Origin: Rhizodiscina lignyota
Taxonomy: Eukaryota
Direction: 5' to 3'
DNA: 64,000 nucleotides
NCBI GenBank assembly: GCA_010015805.1
Contig: ML978126.1
Span: 806,001 to 870,000, forward strand
Every line of letters begins with the position of its first letter. Within the stretch, counting starts at the first letter, position 1. This document shows positions 34,513-47,237 of the stretch, in pieces. Below the pieces are notes generated by a model, which ran no database searches, was not told where the DNA came from, and saw nothing but the letters and a program-made list of their open reading frames with translations. The translations under genes and the position numbers were made by a program.

Positions 34513-35299
34513 TTGAATCCACGCTCAGAGGATAAGATAAAATCTCCTTCTGTTGGATCCAATATTGAGCCATCGCTATCGGAAAGACCTCCATTATAAG
34601 TAGTTCCAACGGTCAAGCCCCTTCTGCTGATTTTCTGCGTTCACTTGATGCGTGCGTCAAAGCTATGTGGAAGTAATCCGATGCCGCATGGGATGCGGTT
34701 TGCTATTGGACACAGTTTCGATTACTTTGGCAGCGTGTTGCGATGTGCCGACATCTGTAGGGAGGGCGCTCCCCAGCCTCCGCAGTCTTTGCAGATTTGC
34801 ACGTCCTCTGAACCCTCGATTGCATGCACCAGCGCCACGCCCTGCAGCACCGGCGACGTACGTATATTCGAACGCTCGCAACTGCTACTCGTCCAGCTCT
34901 GCGTCAGCACCGCACACGCCCTCATCTGATCGCGAGACTTACGAAGCGGTGCGACGGGAGCATTCGCTAGGTTTTTTTTTAGTCACGTGATGAATTGTCC
35001 ACGCATGTCCGGCTCCTTTGAGGTGGACACCGCTCACCAATCTGCGGTGTCGTAGGCACTTCGGCAAGTTCCTGCAATCATTATTCTTCTAAGTTTTTTA
35101 TTTATATTCGCAACGTGCCGTCCGTTTTTAGATTTACTAACCGTTTAGTCTCAAATATTCCTCAGTTTTCCTCGACGTCTGAATGACCCGCCCTTAGGAC
35201 GGGCTGGCTTGCCCTTAACTGTAATCCAAGATAGTTACATCATCTTTACCTTCGGAGCTTCCGTACTCAGCACATTCTTTGGCAATATTTTGTGATTCG

Positions 35300-36000
35300 G
35301 TGGATATGATTCTCGACGCGAAAGATTCTGGAAGAGAAGGTCGCCATGTCGGCCCGGGAAGAGTATGTGGGAGACCGAAAGCATTCCTCCGCTGGGGGAT
35401 CGAGAGTATGAAAGCGACCGATGGTCCTGCTAGCATACGTAGACCACAGTGGGCTGGAGCAACCCAGACGACATCCATTCCGTGCGGCACCTCCCTGGCA
35501 GCCACGTTCGATCGTGATCTTGTAGAGCAGCTGGGGAAAATTCTGCGCGCGGAGACGAAGGCAAAGAACGCGTCTGTTCTGCTGGGCCTGCAATGAACAT
35601 GTCTCGATCCCCTCTTGGAGGGCGCAGTTTTGAAGATTTCGGCCGGGATCCGTACCTGACTGGAACCATAGGGCGGCGTGTTGTGCAAGGAGTCCAGAGC
35701 ATCTGTGTCGGAACGTGCCCGAGGCCGTATGTTGCCAACGACCAAGAGACGAAAATATTCAACATGGACAAACAAATTGATGGGCACACCGTTAGGGAAG
35801 TCTACCTTCGACTGTCTCAACTGATACAGTCCGAGTCGCCATGCTCATCCATGACGTCTTGCAGCGTCGTCAGCCACGAGCACGTGGATATGAGGAAACG
35901 GGCTGATATTTTGAGAACAAATGAGAGTTTGGGGGTTTTGTTATGAGCGACTGAGGCCGAACGAATTCCACAGTGCAGAGCATTTTGGTACGACCTCACT
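35300..36000 (+). pseudogene. GH3 beta-glucosidase N-terminal fragment, decayed
   Basis: ATDGPASIR, IPCGTSLAATFD, frameshift at ~35590, MNMSRSPLGGRSFEDFGRDP, YVANDQE and REVYL. The nucleophile motif reads ATG AGC GAC TGA (MSD*) at ~35944-35955. No C-terminal domains. Confidence 0.85.
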
Positions 36001-36160
36001 GCGAAGCGTTGGAAAGTGGACCACGGACGACACGAATTCTTGTTGCTACCAGCTCCAAGAGCATCATTCGGCCACTGAATGCCGCATATGGGATTATCCA
36101 TCTCCTGAATTAGGATTCATTGGAGCGTTTTGCGGCGGTGGAAATAGTCTCTTACTCCCG

Positions 36161-36331
36161 GAGCGGACTCAGTCCGCTCGAGTCCGCCCTCCGCTCCATC
36201 GACCTTCCACTTTCTTCATTGCCCGAATATTCTCCTGGTTACAATCCAATAATCCGGAAAACTTCCGCTTAAAATTATGAAGCTACCCTAGACTTTGTAC
36301 GGAAGCTTATGCATCCGCGAGCGGACTCAGT
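36161..36331. promoter_or_regulatory. CGG-N7-CCG palindrome plus a repeated half-site; candidate Zn2Cys6 binding sites
   Basis: GAGCGGACT-C-AGTCCGCTC at 36161-36179 is a perfect inverted repeat, and GAGCGGACTCAGT recurs at 36319-36331. TATAAA lies at ~36436, upstream of the SDR ATG. Confidence 0.55.
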
Positions 36332-36531
36332 GACGTTTCCCGCTATTCTCCACTATGTTGCTACGAAGAAGCATCATCACAATGCATATTTGTCCCATTT
36401 CTCTTTTTTTTTTTTTTTTCAAGGGTAATCTTCGCTATAAATGAAGGGCTCTCGTTCTATCATGGGCTAATCATAACCCCTATTACTTCAGTCTTTGCCT
36501 TGAATAACGGACAGACGCCCCGTTCTACGCA

Positions 36532-37597
36532 ATGAGCGACGCATTCAATCCTTATAAAGAGCTTTACGCCAAACCAAATGGCCCAGGGGACTCGCGACCT
36601 ACCGCGCTTCAGATCATTCGCGACAATGATCGGGTCAATTCTTGGGCTGACAAAGTCGTGCTGATTACTGGTGCAACGAATGGAATCGGAATCGAGACGG
36701 CTAAAGCGATGCATGCCACTGGTGCACATGTTTTCATCACCGCGCGAGATCCTGCACGTGCAAAGACGGTTGTGGAAGATATTCTCAAGGTCAGCGAAAG
36801 CAAAGGAAAGCTTGAAGTCATCGAGATGCATATGGAATCCTCGACGTCTGTCCGTGACGCCGCTCGCGAGTTCCTCAGCAAGAGCAAGAAGCTGAACATA
36901 CTCATCAACAACGCAGGTATTTACATCGAGACCTCTGTAGCCCTTACAGAAGCTGATAGAGGCAGGGATTATGGCTACTCCGGAGAGCAAATCTGATGAC
37001 GGCTTCGAGCTTCAATTTGCGGTCAATCATTTAGCGCACTTTATCCTGGCCACCCTCCTGTTGCCAGCGCTCCTTACAAGCAGTGCTCCGGATTTCAACT
37101 CGCGGGTTGTTTTTGTCTCTTCGTCTTCTCACCGATATAGCTCCATCCACTGGGACAACGTTAACCTTGAAGGCGAATACGATCCGTATATCGCTTATGG
37201 TCAGTCAAAAACTGCAGAAGTGTGGACGTCTAATTACGTCGACCGGGTCTACGGGCCTCGCGGTGTTCACTCATTGTCTGTGCATCCCGGGGGCATATTC
37301 ACAAATTTGCAGAAACATGCAGGAGAGGAGCAGATGGCTCAATGGAAGGCTGATCCGAATGTCGTGCCGTCCATGCTCTCGCCAGAGCAAGGAGCGGCAA
37401 CGACCGTGTGGGCTGCTACTGCGAAGGTCTGGGAAGGAAAAGGAGGCAAATATCTGGCAAACTGCATGATTGCCCCGCCAGCTACAAATCTGGACTCAGC
37501 GCTTGATCCTGGAGTGGGCCCAGATGCGTACAACAAGGAAGGCGAGGACAGGCTCTGGGCACTGAGCTCAAAGATGGCAGGAGTGAGCGCTCCATAA
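36532..37597 (+). CDS. Short-chain dehydrogenase/reductase (retinol-DH/WWOX-like); 2 exons
   Basis: LITGATNGIG, INNAG|IMATP (intron 36917-36965), VNHLAHF, VSSSSH, YGQSK, VHPGGI and EQGAATTVWAA. Confidence 0.92.
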
Positions 37598-38040
37598 GTT
37601 TGCAGGAGATTCTTCTACTGAGATGATGGGTGGGAAAGGGGAGCATGGGGTGGCGGAGGATGGAGGATGGAAGGCATTAGTTGCATTGCCGTAGTTGAAT
37701 AAATCTGGTTGCTCTGAATATACTGTCATTAGATCAACTACTCGGGTGTGATTACCTCTGCTTAATAATAACATTGTAAAAGTAGCTATGCCTAACTTCG
37801 ACGATTCGGTTATTGCGATTTCAGGTAGCTAGAAGAGAAATGCGACGTTGGCTGCTATGGCGCACAAAAGAATCCGATAGGCTACTTTTTACTCTACCTC
37901 ATGTGCATATTCATCCTCCTGTCTTCCTCACTCGACATTTCAACAAGGGCATCCCGAACTGAAAACTCTCAAGTTTGATCTTGTATCCAGTGCAAAATCA
38001 TTTCAGAAAAAGCAGAGGGCTTTGATAGCTAGAGTATGCC

Positions 38041-40011
38041 ATGGCATCAACTCAATTTGCAGCACTCGCGTGCAAGTCTTGCAGGTAAGGGGCAGGGCTG
38101 ATGTGTACACTTGACAAGAGCTAATCTTCAAAGGAAATTGAAAAGAAAATGTACGAGAGAGTTGCCGGCTTGCTCTTTGGTATGTTAGACCTCGTTCGAC
38201 AGGCAAGGGTCTTTTGACTGATGTGTGCACCGTTCACAGTGTGTCCGATTGGAGAAGAATTGCGAATATCCGCTACAACCCCATCGCGACGACTCAAGCT
38301 CCGATGGATCCAAAACTTTGGCAGAAAGAATTCAATACCTAGAGCAGAAGTTCGTGCAACAAGAACATGCACCCACATCCAATACTCAGGAGCCAGACGT
38401 GTCCTTTGCTGGAACGACATCTGCGACTTCGAACCTCCCCATTCCGCCGTGGACATCGTGGGCCCCTCCATCGAGATCAAGAGCATTTCCTGAACTCTAT
38501 ATTCTAGATTCAGATTCTTTCTCCAAGAATGCTCCTGAAGCTTTGGACCCAGGCATGCCATTGCCACCAGACGTAGTCGACACACTGCTCTCCTCCGGCA
38601 TTCAAAAAATATGCGATGAATACTTCAGCGGCACGCATTCATGGCTACCGGTGCTCATTAAGAAGCGCATCAATCACCAACTTCAGTCTTTCGACTCCTC
38701 CAATAATGCAAGCCTTGCTCTCCTCCTTCTGTGCATGAAGCTCGTGGCCGACGGACCTCTCGAGGCAGAGAAACCATCCGCAACACCAACATACCTATTA
38801 GCCAGAGAGTTTTGGAAAGCGCTTGAAAATGCTTCAGTAATAACATTGCATCTGCTGCAGTCCGTGGTATTAATAGCGCTTTATGAAATGGGGCACGGTA
38901 TTTTCCCAGCAGGATACCTTACAGTCGGCCATGCTGCAAGGATCGGTATATTAATGGGGCTTCACGATAGACGGAATGCAGCCCAGCTATTTATCCAATC
39001 TGAGACCTGGACGTTGCGCGAAGAGGAACGGAGAACATGGTGGGCTGTTATCATACTGGATCGGTGAGCGTGCTCTAAATCTGTGCGGAATTTGTTGGAA
39101 AGTCTCGTCATAAGCTAAAGACATTTCTGACTGATGTATTTCGTAGATTTGTCCATTTAGGGACTTCTGGACTACCTCTAGCTACTCCAGAACCAGGGCA
39201 AGGCGATCTACTGCCATGCTCCGACGAAGGATGGATGGAAGGAGAAGTCGGATCAAACCATCCGCTTTTCTCTTCCACATTCTCCGCCAACCTTGATATC
39301 GGCCACTTTGCTAGTACCTGCCAGGCTTCCCATATCCTCGGTCGTGTCTTGAAACACCGCGACGATGCTAGCAATCGCCGTGACAGGCCATTTCGACTTT
39401 CAGAAGCCAAACAATTGCATCGTACACTCGTCGCTCTTGATTCGGATCTTGTTCAGCGATATTTCGGCACCGGATTTTCGTTATTGAACGGCGACACCGG
39501 TGCTGTGTTTGAAGCTTTTGCGCTCTGTTGCTCCGCTCGACTCATACTGTATGACATGTATGGATGTAACGAGCCAGACCAAACGGCTAGTCAGCAAGCT
39601 CGCCTTCCGGAAGATACGGAAATGCAGCAAATTGCGTTGGATGGTATCAAAGAGATTGTCACTTATCGTATGTCTTTCCTTTCACAACCACTCATTATGA
39701 GGACGGATTTGGCAAGCCCGCTCGTCTGCCACTCCCTCTACCACTCCGCATCGGAATGCGCTTGGTTCATCAAGGAGAACCAGGCGTCAGATATGATCTC
39801 GGCCATGAAAACCTACGTTGATCTTCTCATGGAAATCGGAAAAAGATGGATGATTGCCAGTGAGTTGAGTCCCGGATTGCTGATAGTTGGGAAATTGACG
39901 TTTGTTGCAGCACTGTACCTGAAGCTTCTGGAACACGAAGGGTCTTTACAGACACTTTCAGATGCGCTAAATGTCTCAAATCTGACTAAGGCGTATTTTC
40001 GTCAAACATGA
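38041..40011 (+). CDS. Zn(II)2Cys6 transcription factor with a fungal-specific middle domain; multi-exon
   Basis: Spliced N-terminus ACKSCR|KLKRKCTRELPACSL|CVRLEKNCEYP, then EEERRTWWAVIILDR|FV. Canonical GT..AG introns. Confidence 0.9.
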
Positions 40012-40194
40012 ACTTCGCTGTAGGGCATTGAGAAACGAACAAGGCGGACCTCATGCTATTAGATTCCTATTTGACGCCAATATCTCCGAGTTAGCACCCA
40101 CCAGTGCAGTGCTCCTCGCGTATCCAGCTGTCAACAATCTGAAGAACTGTTTAGTTGCATGCAATGTGGTATTTTCGAATTTTGGTCCTGATTA

Positions 40195-40795
40195 TTAGTG
40201 CAAACCAGTAGGAGGAGGCGGCAACCTTGCCTGTGCCTTCGGATCATACCGAGTGTAACCATTGGGAGTGGAAATGCAAGAGACGCTGCTGGCCTTGTTG
40301 TCAAAATTGACAGGTCCACTGAAATCATGCGAAGGGTAAGCAAGGTTAAACCAGATCGAACGGCCGGAGCAGTTGATATCCCTATTGATATGTTAGTTTC
40401 CGAACCTACGTCTTCAATTAGAGGCAAACTTACTGAAACAGCGTGCAAGTGATTCCCGGAAATGCCATAGCGGAGGACATTTGGTCGTTCTTCGCGGGCA
40501 GGATGTTGATGCATTTGTTCTTCGGTGGTTTCATTATTGCGCAGTTCTTGTAGTGTGGGTCAACGCAGAACATGATATTGTTGTTGTAGCCCTGGTGGCT
40601 CAATAGGATGCCTACTAAGCCGTCAATCGTCGGGCTCACGCCTCGTGGGATAACAGAGACATCGTTCGTCGCAGCCGAGTCCGCATATTCAAACCAATGC
40701 CCTTCGACATTACCCGTATTGGCCGAATCATGAGGAACGACCAGTGCAGAGGCAGTGGTGGCTATAGTTAGAAGGAAAATAGAAAGATGGTTCAT
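40195..40795 (-). CDS. Small secreted beta/gamma-crystallin-like Cys-rich protein
   Basis: Signal MNHLSIFLLTIATTASA, then FCVDPHYKNC..CIN...NDQMSS...CTLFQ|DINCSG...FDNKASSVSC across an intron at ~40433-40383. TAA at 40197-40195. A possible in-frame 48-nt intron lies near 40640-40593. Confidence 0.75.
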
Positions 40796-41577
40796 AATTG
40801 TTAATGGAGATTAAAAGGAAACGGAAAAAATGCAGTTGGCAGGCGGTATGGAAGATATATGAGAGAGCTTCAATGGGCCCCATGACCGAGAGTCACAAGG
40901 AGAACAAAGGGCCACCTCATTGTGGTATGCACGAGCGCATTATGCAACGGCAAATGCAACTGAGGATAACACAAAGAAGACTCTCGAGGTTGTGTCCGGC
41001 TTTGAGCGCATAGCTTTGGATAATGGATCTGTGATCTTTATGGCGGGAAACTCATTCAGGGCGACAGACAGGCCGTCTTGGCTTGCAGTCGATCTTATCC
41101 GAGCCAGATTCTCAGAACAGTAGGAAGACTGCCATAGTATAGTTAGCATTGATCATGAAATCCGTCGTAAAGAGAAAATACTAAAGTTTGAGATTAAGAG
41201 TTTCGGGAGCGGCCATTGAGCGTCGGCCCGAAAGTCCATAGAACGTCAAATATAATACATTTAAACGCACATGATACTCGGTACAAAAATCTATTTAAAT
41301 AAAAGGACCTTCGCCTGCCGGAAAGCCGAATTTCGCTTAGGTTGGGTATCGATGCTGTGAAGAAAATCGCAACAATGAGAACGCCTGGGCTATGCAATTG
41401 ACAAACAGACAAATGGCCCCCCTGATGCGCTCCAGACACGATCCTGCTTTCGTACTTTGGCCAGCACTTACGCTGACGACCTGCTGAACGTATACGGGCT
41501 GTGTTTAGCGACCCGCCCCAGTCGATACACGCTCGAGCATCGAGTGTGTTGATTGGCTTATTGCCTTCGGAAGGCTC

Positions 41578-43110
41578 TTAGTAAAAAATGCACACCTCGC
41601 TTTGACGATCATCCCCCAGCTTCCAGAGTTCATCCACGCGGCAAATTCCTTCCTCCGCAGCAATTGCCCAATCCACGTCCGATCGAACGACGCAGCTAAA
41701 GACAGTAGAATATCCATTGGCCCCGGCATCGTAGAAGGCTTGAGTTGCGGCCGCATCACGGCTCCCGCTCTTGATCACTTTATAAAGGGTGGTGCCTGGA
41801 ACCGTAGGGGGGCTACCACGAAGTGGAAAGGGCCCCGTACCGCTTTTGAGCTCATGTTGATCTTGGACAGTCTGCACTACAGAAATGTAGATGACCCCGC
41901 AAGATTTTAGTGCGAGCTGTTTGGCTTTTACACAGCGTTTGCAGAGAGGGAGACCGCGGATTTCGGTGTCCGCATTTTGAAGGGAGTCGTCTGAGCTGTA
42001 TCCGTCCATTTCTGCATTCCCGACGGTCGCACCCCATCGCGGGTGCCCTGGATTCTCGCACTGGATGGCAGAAATAGCGTCTGAGCTTCGGAGGGCTGCG
42101 TTGCCGTAAACCAAGGGGACCTCCAGCTTCTTTGGCCTAGCATCTTGAATAATTGGCAAATGTCCAGTGGCCAGGCCAGCGTCTTCGAGACCATTCATCT
42201 GAGCTATTGTTATAGCATCCGGAAGTCGATGCCAACCATCTTCAGCACCGTACTTGATAAGTGGAAGGTATCGATCGAACTCAACGGCGGTCGCTGGTTG
42301 GCAAGTGACATAGACTCGGGACATGAAAGTAGGTAGATAGACTACTTTATCGTCTGGATGCCATTGGTACGGCCCGCCTGGAGCTGGGCGTAGAGGGAGT
42401 AACTGCCTTGACGAGTACACATGAGGAATGTTGTTCCAGGGGCCAGCCTGGTGGAAACTAATACCTGACGGAGGCAGTTGAGGCTCACTCGGCGGAGCTA
42501 GTGGAGGTAGCCCAATCGAACAAGCGGGTGGTACTCCAAACGCAGATGGCGGAGGAGGTACGAGACCAGTAAAACGTGAGGATATAGTTGGCTTGATTGG
42601 TGTACCCCTGATTCTTTCAGCGCCTGCAGCGGCAGAAACCGGATCCGGAGGGGCTGGATATCTGGATTGCTGCTCTTCTCCGAAGCTACCTGGACCGGCT
42701 TGTGCTGACGATGAAAATGGCTGTTGAGTCGCAGGTCCGTCCCCAGCTATACTGATCCAAGAGTTATCCGGCTCGCACGAGTCGCCAAACAGTTGGCTAG
42801 ACGTCTCAAACTCAGAACCGATACGCTGCTGAGACTCCGCAGTTGGTTGGGAGATTTGTCGACGCATTCGAAAGACAGGACTAGATTTCAATTTTTGATG
42901 GCTTGGGTTTGAAGATTCCGAGGCGGCATCGAACGACAATTCTCCCAGTTGAGTGTGGTTTTGCGTAACGCGCTCGGCGCTACTGTTAACACAGGATTCT
43001 TCACCCATCGCATGGCTCGCCGACCCGGCCGAGCCGCCAGCCAGCGTTACCGGAGCGCCTTGAAATAATGGATCGTCGTCAGCAGCGGTCATCTCATTGG
43101 AGCATCCCAT
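41578..43110 (-). CDS. Hypothetical protein (~510 aa): disordered Pro/Ser-rich N-half, globular C-half
   Basis: Long open frame with first ATG at 43110. No family recognised. Confidence 0.6.
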   Translation of the reverse strand: MGCSNEMTAADDDPLFQGAPVTLAGGSAGSASHAMGEESCVNSSAERVTQNHTQLGELSFDAASESSNPSHQKLKSSPVFRMRRQISQPTAESQQRIGSEFETSSQLFGDSCEPDNSWISIAGDGPATQQPFSSSAQAGPGSFGEEQQSRYPAPPDPVSAAAGAERIRGTPIKPTISSRFTGLVPPPPSAFGVPPACSIGLPPLAPPSEPQLPPSGISFHQAGPWNNIPHVYSSRQLLPLRPAPGGPYQWHPDDKVVYLPTFMSRVYVTCQPATAVEFDRYLPLIKYGAEDGWHRLPDAITIAQMNGLEDAGLATGHLPIIQDARPKKLEVPLVYGNAALRSSDAISAIQCENPGHPRWGATVGNAEMDGYSSDDSLQNADTEIRGLPLCKRCVKAKQLALKSCGVIYISVVQTVQDQHELKSGTGPFPLRGSPPTVPGTTLYKVIKSGSRDAAATQAFYDAGANGYSTVFSCVVRSDVDWAIAAEEGICRVDELWKLGDDRQSEVCIFY

Positions 43111-44621
43111 ATGAGCTGATAGGTCTGACCGGTGAAAAGAGGCAGAGAGAAAGTTGCAATTGGTGAGTTGAAGGAGAGTGAGGCGAAATGACGGGGGCCC
43201 CGGGGATGACGGCCAAATTTGATTAAACGGCTGCGGTTTCAATAAATATAAATATCAAAGCGTCCCGCTAAGCCGGTATGGCTACCATGCCGTTTGCAGA
43301 AAGGCACATATTTGTCTCCCAAGAAACCGGTACTACCGAAAAGTTGTGCATGTATTACCGCTGCTCGGGCATTCTCCCCGATAACATGATCTAGCAGAGT
43401 CTGCAACAGAACAAATACCTAACGAGAAAGAAAACATAAAAGGCGCAAACGCCCGCTATCGGGTGGAGGAGCCGGCGAAGCCGATTTGTGGGCTGACACC
43501 AACATGAGATCTTGTGACTAGAAAAATATCTCAACAATAATGTTGAAGTGGTGTGGAAGAAAGTGGACACATAGAGTAATGGATTTGGTAAGAATCTAAG
43601 AAGCTACCGAGTTACAGAGTACAGTGTACTCTTATTAGCCGTAAGGAGCATTGTAACAACGGGGCTTCCTTGTTCGGCACCGGACCGAACCCGAGAATAC
43701 GGTACCGCGTTCTCAGAAGACTCAGACTATTGGGAGCCTCAGTTTTTGAAGTGTTCAAGTGATAGATGAGTGGGACTTGCGAGATCTTGTAGATCTCAGG
43801 CTTTATGTATAGCGCATCAGCCTCATCAGGCACCAGCGCTAACTGGGCAAGGTATTCGGGATTTTGGGAGCATGCACATGCAGGGTACTCATCCGTCCGG
43901 CTCGAAACACAAGCATGTGGTTGGAAGATGTGAGAAAGCCGAGGGATGAGCCCGGTTATTCAAGCCTTGTGACGACGCTAGAAATGGGTCTAACGTCGTT
44001 GAAGTTGCTGATCACATTCGAATGTCTATATGTTCTGCTGTTAATGGTGCTGAATTCAATAGTCTTGTACTCTTGGCTGCGGAGGGCAGCGACTAGTATG
44101 ATTAATTTATCCGTCTTTTACATCTCTTAACATCGACGAATTGCATGAAATGAAGCCTGATTGAGGACTTGGTTGTGAGGAAAGAGCTTGGATTTCTATG
44201 ATGAACTCTGAAACCTCGGGCCAAAAGAGTGCGAGAAGGGGGCTACTCTATGATCTCTGATACGCTGCTTCACTGTGATGATCAGCATGGGTCTAAGGGC
44301 CAAAGGACGGCAATGGAAACTCGAAACTGTATCCTTGACTGCATCTTGTACACCATACGGCTCTGTATCTCAATACTGTACATATCAATCATTTATTACA
44401 TTGAGATTGAACATTGCAAACATTCTCAAAGACCGGTGTTCTGCCATATCAGATCGGACGGGAACTCAATAGGTTTGCTACGTAGAATACGTGACTAGAA
44501 ATGTCACCTTATCGTCTAACGTCTTGCGCTCGTAGTCTAAACCAACAAATGTCCACGAGAGCTGCGGCTGCAACCTTCCTTTCATGGATATACCCTTCAT
44601 TCCCAAGCTTATTACCAGCAG

Positions 44622-46906
44622 TCAAGCCTTTCTTTGTGGTGTACTGGCGAATACTCTGCCCAATGGCGAGCTTACAAGCGATGTATCAGAATCCATAGCC
44701 CCATCATAGGGACTGCCTGCTCCCACGTCCTGTGGCGAAAATACGGGACTCAAAGCAACCCTAGGCCTGCTCTTAAACACGCTATCATACTCAGCATCCC
44801 CGGAGAAGAGTATCTCCTTGGGTGTTGTTGACCCATTGCTACCCTCTTCAACCTCTTCCGTCAAAGTGAATGAAGGCTGCCGTCTTGGTGTCTCGAACTG
44901 GTTCACTGGATACAGTGAGCGACGTTTCGCAGTGCTCGGCGCCATCGACTTGCGAGACTTTTGGCCTGGAGGGTTGCCCGTGGGAAGTCGTGACATGGAT
45001 AACCGTGTACGCTCGAGAAGACTAGCGCGGCGGCTTAGCTCTTGGGAAGGTTGCGAAGGTGTGTCATGCGAGTCGTGATCATGCGATACTTCTGTATTCG
45101 ACACGGAACTAGCGTCGTGCTTCTCGAATTGAGGAAGGCTGTGGGCAATACTCAACCTCGTCCGCTCAGTGAGGGACATCGCGGGCTTCTGGGTTGGTAA
45201 TGGAGTTTCATTAGGGATAGCTGCGATGATCTTTTGCGCCCTGAGCTCTTCCTCTGTGGCTTTGAACTGAGATGCGTCTGTAATTGGCGAGTCTTTCTGA
45301 TGTTCGATATCATGAGGGGGTTGTCCAGCCTGAGGATTGTTTTCACCCTCATTGTCAGCTGCGCGGCCCAGTGGGGACAGCTGTGCCCCAGTCGTAACTC
45401 TCGCATTCGCCTGATATCCTGACAACTCTTGGAAAAGCTGCTTAGGGGGGTCCTTCGTATCCGGTGAAGCGGTTGTCCGAGTGGAGACTCTGCTTAGCTG
45501 GACAGCCTCGGGCTCATTAAAGCTCCTGAGCTCCCTATTTCGGCGCGGTCGCGTATCAGACACAGGCGAATCCTTCCTCCTATCCTGCATAGGTCTGGAT
45601 AGGATTGGGCTCTTCGCCGGTAGTGGGCTCAGTGCATGCCGAGCATCCGTACTTGCCTGAGTAGTAGCAGAAACATTGGCAAGCCGATGCTTCATCGTTG
45701 AAAGGAGGTTGGAATAAGGATTTGGCTCCGTTCGGCTTGGCGGATCATGACCCATTCCGCGCGCCTCATATTCCGCCTCACCGCCGATCTTCAACCCCTT
45801 ATGCTGAGTGAAACTGATACCAGAGACATTGGCATTAGTTGGGCCTGAATCCTGAGTGTTGAGACGATCTTTCACCTTATGGTGAATGCCGTGCCAGTAC
45901 GCAAGCCGTTTCTTCTGCTGCTCGACTCTGTTCTCGAGGTCAGCCTGTAAGCCTCGGCTTGTAACGGCAGTTTCCAGCTGTCGGCCATTACTAGCAGCAT
46001 ACCAGACCGCTTCGAATGGCTGCCTCAAGACTTGGTCTCCCGTGTCATCTTCGCCGTGAAGAATAATGTCAATCCAATTGGTGTTGCCGACCCAACTGTC
46101 GGTCAATTGCTTCTGTAGCTGCCCGACTTCTGAGTTGGGTGGAGATGGAAGGGATGATGCCCGACTGCTTTGCTCCCGCTCCTCCAGCTGCTGTGCCTTC
46201 GCATCGAGTGAATTTGAAAACGACGCATAGCGGCCTTTCAACGCATCTCGCCTACGCAACAGTGCTACAAGCGATCCCTTGTGCGCAATGGCCAGAGGCA
46301 GCAATGATCTTTGTTGAATCGCATCCGGCACGTTTGTCACAGCAGTTTTCAGCGCAACTGGAGCTTGCTTCATGTGCTTTACGGGTGCCACCCGCTTCTT
46401 CACCACCAGAGTAGAGAAGACAGCAAGCACCTCAGTGAATTTGTCCCCTTTGCAATCGTCCAGCATTGTTTTCCGCAATGTCGCCTCTCTGCCCAGAAGC
46501 CCATTCTTCTTGAGCTCATTGAGCGATCTGTACAAAGCCGCGCGAAGGTTCAGGGACTGTAGGGGTTCCAAGGGGGGAAAGAATGGCTGTAGTTTCTGTA
46601 GACAAACTGTGAGGAGCGGTCAAACAATTGCGGAGGGAAACCAACATCGCGTGTCTCGTCTGGATCCCATATTTCGAACAATCGGTAGAGCGCCCATTCT
46701 ACACATCGTATCTGTTGCTTCTGGTTTTGACCCGCGTCTCTCGTAGAGAAGGTCTGGTTCGTAATGGACGGCCAATCGGGGCGTATATCAAAGTCCAATA
46801 GTCGTAAATTCGTGAGGAAGAGCGCGACGTTCGAAGGCGGTGAATAGGTCATCTTGCTGCCATTGATGTGGCCGTTTGTGCTTGTCGCAGACAGTGTCCG
46901 CGACAT
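44622..46906 (-). CDS. HAUS6: HAUS augmin-like complex subunit 6 homolog; 2 exons
   Basis: LFLTNLRLLDFD..PDWP, CVEWALYRLFEIWDP, |KLQPFFPPLEPLQSLNLRAALYR and LRKTMLDDCKG match the fungal HAUS6 N-terminal domain. Long disordered tail. Confidence 0.85.
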
Positions 46907-47237
46907 TTTGTCTCTTCGTCGCGTGCTCCGCGATTGGAGCCATCTGCATTGATGTTGCACAAGGATTAGGGGTGTTGTGGAGTTTATGGTAGGTCTCGGA
47001 GGTTTGCCGTTCGCCGCTCCGCACTTCGGATAGGTGCAGTAAACAAAGTGCCATAGTTACAAACGACTCCTCAACAATTGCCCTTCTATCAAAGCAGATC
47101 GGTCAGCAAAGAGGATTTCCAGTCATTGTACATAGCCTCTCTTCCTCTCCATTTAAGTCCTGTGTTATCTCTGTCGTTCACTTCCTCCTTATCTGTCACT
47201 TCTCACCACCTGGCACGTAATCGTTGAATACTTCAAG

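Noticed and set aside
43600..44130. Possible gene relic on the minus strand
   Set aside because: Partly open frames but no identifiable motif.
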